Shown here in pieces: positions 58,716 to 64,000 of a stretch of DNA of 64,000 bases. How positions within the stretch are numbered: the first letter of the stretch is position 1; the number at the start of each line of letters is the position of its first letter. Source of the stretch: the human T2T-CHM13v2.0 reference genome, Homo sapiens; NCBI RefSeq assembly GCF_009914755.1, contig NC_060940.1; one strand, given 5' to 3'. The position numbers were made by a program, and so were the translations under genes. The notes below the pieces were generated by a model that was not told the origin of the DNA, made no database searches, and was given only the letters and a program-made list of their open reading frames with translations.

Positions 58716-61700
58716 TTTGATTATGATTCTACTAGAGTCCATTCAATGACTCCATTCGAATCCATTCAACAATTCCATTAGAGGCCATTCGATGATTCCA
58801 TTTCATGATTCCATTCGAGTCCATTTAATCATTACAGTCGAGTCCATTTGGTGATTCCACTGGATTTCTTTTGATAATGATACCATTCAATTACATTTGA
58901 TGATGATCCCATTCAATTTCATTTGATGGTGATTCCATTAGAGTCCATTCGATGATTTCATTCGAGTCCCTTCATTGATTCCATCCGATTTCATTTGATG
59001 ATGACTCCATTCGAGTCCATTCGATGATTCCACTCGATTCCATCAGATGGTTCCATTGGAGTCCATTTGATTGTTCCATTCGATTCTATTCGATTCCTTT
59101 CGAAGATTATTCCATTTGAGTCCATTCGATGATGATTCCATTCCATTCCATTCGATGATTCCGTTTGATTCCATTCGATGATTCCCTTCGATTCCTTTCT
59201 TTGATGATTCCATTCCATTCCATTCAATGATTCCATTCGAATCTATTCCATGATGATTCCTTTCGATTCCATTCGCTGATGTTTCCGTTCAATTCCATTC
59301 GATGATGATTCCATTCGATTCCATTCATTGAGGATTCCATTTGATTCCATTCAATGATGATTCCATTCTATTCCATTCAATGATTGCATTCAATTCCATT
59401 CAATGATTATCCCATTAGAGTAAACTCAACGATTCCATTCAATACCATTCGATGATGATTCCTTTTGAGTCCATTCAATGATTTCATTCAAGTCCATTTG
59501 ATGATTCCTTTCAATTCCATTCTATGATGATTCCATTCGAGTCCATTCGATGATTCCATTCGATTGCATTCGATGATTCCATTATATTCCATTCAACAAT
59601 GATTCCATTCGAGTCCATTCGATGATTCCATTAGAGTACATTTAATGATTGCTTTGTTTTCAATTCGAAGATGATTACATTGGATTCCATTCTATGATAC
59701 CATTCGATTCCATTCAATGATGATTCCACTCAAATCCATTGGATGATTCCATTCGTGTCCATTCGGTGATTTCCTTAGATTCCATTCGAGGATGATTCCA
59801 TTCGATTCCATTCGATGATTCCATTCAATTCCATTCGATGATGATTCCATTCCAGTCCATATGATCATTCCATTTGATTTCATTCGATGGATGATTCCAT
59901 TCGATTCCATTCGATGATTCCATTCTATTCCATTCGATGATGATTCCATTCGAGTCCATTCGATGATTCCATTCGAGTCCATTTAATGATTCCATTGGGT
60001 TCAATTCAATGATGATTACATTGGATTCCGTTCTATGATTCCATTCAATTCCGTTCATTGACAATTTGATTCCATTCGATGATGATTCCATTTGAGTTCA
60101 TTCGATGATTCTATTTGATTCTCTTCGATGGTGATTCAATTCTATTATATTGGATGATTCCATTCGATTCCATTTGATGTTGATTCAATTCGATTCTATT
60201 CGATGATGATTCCATTGGATTTCACTTGATGATTCTATTCGATTCCATTCAATGATGATTCACTTCTCGTCCATTGGATGATTCCATTTCATTCCATTCG
60301 ATGATGATTCCATTCGATTCCATTCGATGATTCCATTTGATTCCATGCGTCGGTGAGCAATTCGATTCAATTCCATGATGATTCTATTTGATTCAATTAG
60401 ATGATGTTTCCATTCGAATCCATTCCATGATTATTCCATTGGAATCCATTCGGCGATGATTCCATATGAGTCAATTCAATGATGATTCCATATGGGTCCG
60501 TTCGATGATAATTCCATTTGATTTCATTCGGTGCTTCTATTCAATTCCAGTCGATGATGATTCCGTTGGAGTCCATACGATGATTCCATTTGATTTCATT
60601 TGATGATGATTCCATTCGATGATGATTACATTGGATTCCATTCTATGATTCCATTCAATTCCATTCGTTGATGATTCGATTCCATTCAATGATGATTCCA
60701 TTTGAGTTCATTCGATGATTCTATTCGATTCCGTTCGATGGTGATTCAATTCTCTTATATTGGATGAATCCACTCGATTCCATTTGATGATTATTCCATT
60801 GGAGTCCACTTAGTGAATCCTTCAGATTCTACTCGAAGATGATTCCATTCAAGTCCATTCGATGATACCATTCAATTCCATTCGTTGATGCTTCCATTCA
60901 AGTGCATTCGATGATATCATTCGATTCCATTTGATGATAATTCCATTTGATTCCATGCGATGATTCTATTCGATTCCATTCAATGATAATTCCATTCAGT
61001 TCAGTGATTCCTCTGGACTCCATTTGATGATGATTCCATTCAATGATTCCATTCGATTCTATTCGAAAGTGATTCCATTTGAATCCATTTGATGATGATT
61101 CCATTAGATTCCATTTGATGATTCCATTCGATTCCATGCGACGATGGTTCCATTCGATTCCATGTGATGATTCCATTCTATTCTATTCGATGATGATTCC
61201 ATTCGATTCCATTCGATGATGATTGGATTCGATTCCATTTGATGATATCATTTGATTCCATTCGTTAATGATTTCGATCAATTCCATTCGATGATTCCAT
61301 TCGATTCCATTCGATGATGATTGGGTTTGATTCCATTTGATGATTTCATTTGATTCCATTCGTTAATGATTTCGATCAGTTCCATTCGATGATTCCATTC
61401 GATTCCATTCGATAATGATTACATCCGTGTCCATTCAATGATTCCATTTGAGACTGTTCGATAATTCCATTTGAGTCCAACCAATGATTCCATTCATTTC
61501 CATTCAATGATTCCATTCGAGTCCATTTGATCATTCCGGTAGGGTCCATTCGATGTTCATTCCATTGGAGTGCATTCGATGATTCCATTCGAGTCCATTT
61601 TAGGATTTGATTCGAGTCCTTTCGATGATTCCATTCGATTCCACTCGATGATGATTTCATTCGAGTCCATTCGACACTTCCAATCGATTCCATTTGATGT

Positions 61701-64000
61701 TTCCATTCGAGTCCAATTGATGATTCCATTCAATTCCATTCGATGATGATTCCGTACGATTCCATTCTGTGATGATTCCATGTGATTGCATTCAATGATG
61801 ATTCCTTTAAATTGCATTCGATTGTGATTCATTTCGTCTTCATTCTATGGTTCCACAGGTTTCCATTCGTGTCCATTCCATTATTCCATTCTATTCCATT
61901 TGATGATGATTCCATTCGATTCCATTCACTGGTGATTCCACTCAATTCCATTCAATGATTCCATTCCATTTCTTTCAACAATGATTCCATTAGTTTCTAT
62001 TCGATGATCCACTTGATTCCACTTGACGACGATTCCATTCGTGTCCATTCAATGATTCCATTTGATTCCATATGATGATGATTCCATTCGATTCCATACG
62101 ATGATGATTCCATTCGAGTCCATTCAATGGTGATTCCATTCAATTCCATTCGATGATTCCTTTCGATTCCATTCGATGATGATGGCATTCGATTCCTTTC
62201 AATCATTCCCTTTGATTGCATTCAAAGGTGATTTCACTCAAGTCCATTCGATAATTGCATTCGATTCCATTTTATGATGATTCCATTCGAGTCCATTTGA
62301 TGATTCCATTCAATTCAAGTCAATGATGATTCCATTCGATTCCATTCGATGATTCCATTGGATTCCATTCGATGATGATTCCATTCAAATCCATTCGATA
62401 ATTCAATTCAAGTCCATTCGATGATGATTAAAATCGAATCCATTCAAAGATTCCATTCAGTTCCATTCGATGATTCCCTTAGATTCCATTCGATGATTCC
62501 ACTTGATTTCATTTACGATGATTCCATTCGATTCCATGTGATGATTCCATTCAATTCTATTCAATGCTGTTTCCATTTCTTTCCATTCGACCATGATTGC
62601 CTTTGATTCCATTCAATGACTCCATTCGGTTCCTTTTGATGATGATTCCGTTCGATTCCATTTCATTATTCCATTTGATTCCATTGGATGAGTCCATTCG
62701 ATTACATTCGATGATTATTCCATTCGAGTGCATTAGATGATTCCATTCGAGTCCATTCGATGATTCCATTCGATTCCATTCGATGTTGATTCTGTTCAAA
62801 TCCATTCGATGATTCCACTCGATTCCATTCGATGACTCCAGTTGATCCCATTCGATGATTTCCTTTGATTCCCTTTGATGATCATTCCATTTGATTCAAT
62901 TCGGTGATTTCATTTGATTCCATTCAGTGATGTTTCCATTCGACTCCATTCGATGATGATTCCATTCGACTCCATTCGATTATGATTTCATTCAATTCCA
63001 TTCGATAATGATTCCCTTCGAGTCCATTCGATGATTCCATTCGATTCCATTCAACGATGATTTGATTCGTGTCCATTCGATGATTCCATTTGATTCCACT
63101 TGATGATGATTCCATTCGAGTCCATTTGATGATTCCATTCAATTCCATTCTCCGATGATTTCTTTTGAGCCCATTCAATGCTTCCACTCGATTCCATATG
63201 ATGATGACTCCATTCGATGAAATTCGATGATGATTCCATTCGCTTGCATTCGATGATGATTCCACTTGAGTCCATTAGAAGATTCTATTCAATGTTATTC
63301 GATGATTCCATTCGATCTCATTCGATGATGATTCCATTCAACTCCATTCGATGTTTCCATTCGAGTTCATTCTATTATTCCATTAGATTCCATTCGATGA
63401 TGATTCCATTCGATTCCATTTGATGATTGCATTCTATTTCATTTGATGATGATTCCATTCGAGTCCACTCGATGATTCCATTCGAGTCCATTTAATGAAT
63501 CCATTGGTTTCAATTCTATGATGATTACATTGGATTCCATTCGTTGATGATTTCATTCGGTTCCATTCAATGATGATTCAATTCAATTCCTTTCAATGTT
63601 TCCATTCAATTCCATACGATGATTATTCCATTTGATTTGATTCGACAGTGAGCCATTCGATTCAATTCCATGATGATTCTATTTGATTCCATTGGTTGAC
63701 ATTTCCATTCGATTCCATTCGATGATGATTCCCTTTGATTCCATTCAAAGATGATTCCATTCTAGCCCATTCAATCATTCCATTCGATTCTATTCAATGA
63801 TGATTCCATTCATGTCGATTTGGTGATTCCATTTGACTTCATTTGATGATGATTCCTTTCAAGTTCATTAGATGATTCCATTCGATTCCATTTGATGATG
63901 ATCCCATTCGAGTCCATTCAGTGATTCCACTCGTTTCCATTCCATGATGATTCCATTCCATTCCATGCAATGATTCCATTCGATTCCGTTTGATGATGAT
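58716..64000 (+). repeat. Higher-order unit 10 (incomplete at window end; 98-bp duplication, 10- and 75-bp deletions, 1-bp insertion)
   Basis: Anchor TTTGATTATGATTCTACTAGAG at 58716; offsets to unit 1 are 58705, then 58706, then 58631 after ~63292. Confidence 0.9.
61221..61414 (+). repeat. Tandem 98-bp duplication within unit 10
   Basis: GATTGG at 61221 and 61319, each followed by CGTTAATGATTTCGATCA. Confidence 0.92.

Larger units (their letters stand above)
1..64000 (+). repeat. Human satellite 2 (HSat2/HSATII) pericentromeric array, probably HSat2B with ~6.1-kb higher-order repeat; CATTC strand on + throughout
   Basis: Continuous CATTC/GATTC/GATGAT motifs with very dense TCGA and GAGTC; 23/26-bp monomers; long pure (CATTC)n runs typical of HSat3 are absent; ORF track recurs with a 6,112-bp offset (e.g. 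6496, 12608, 18720, 24832, 30944, 37056). Confidence 0.96.

Noticed and set aside
17-63275. Many minus-strand ORFs (MESNGIIEW-type, 60-137 aa)
   Set aside because: Direct translation of GAATG/GAATC satellite monomers; overlapping frames give the same peptides, frameshifts are tolerated, and there is no domain or gene structure.
1-64000. CRISPR-like repeat-spacer array or diversity-generating cassette system
   Set aside because: No unique spacers, no invariant repeat, no cas, reverse transcriptase or recombinase genes; the variation is ordinary satellite divergence.
1-64000. HSat3 (e.g. DYZ1) or alpha satellite
   Set aside because: CATTC runs are short and interrupted by GATGAT and TCGA as in HSat2; no 171-bp monomer or CENP-B box noticed.

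Overview
The whole 64 kb window is non-coding tandem satellite DNA in one orientation. It is built from diverged CATTC pentamers arranged as 23/26-bp monomers (ATTCCATTCGATTCCATTCGATG[ATG], ATTCCATTCGAGTCCATTCGATG). This matches human satellite 2 (HSat2/HSATII), and the 6,112-bp higher-order period fits the HSat2B subfamily that dominates 16q11.2 (chromosome inferred, not proven). I found no genes, RNA genes, transposons or CRISPR arrays; all ORFs in the track are translations of the satellite. I see no new protein-coding system. The informative signal is array architecture. There are about 10 higher-order units starting at 1, 6211, 12323, 18435, 24547, 30659, 36771, 42882, 48945 and 58716. 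They include a near-perfect 12,224-bp tandem duplication, a 98-bp duplication shared by the first and last units, and a divergent, ancestral-looking island (about 50.6-59.9 kb). That island contains a 1.83-kb HSat2 segment absent from the standard unit. Large indels are quantised in 23/26/49-bp steps. Comparisons were made by eye and from ORF-track offsets, not by computed alignment.
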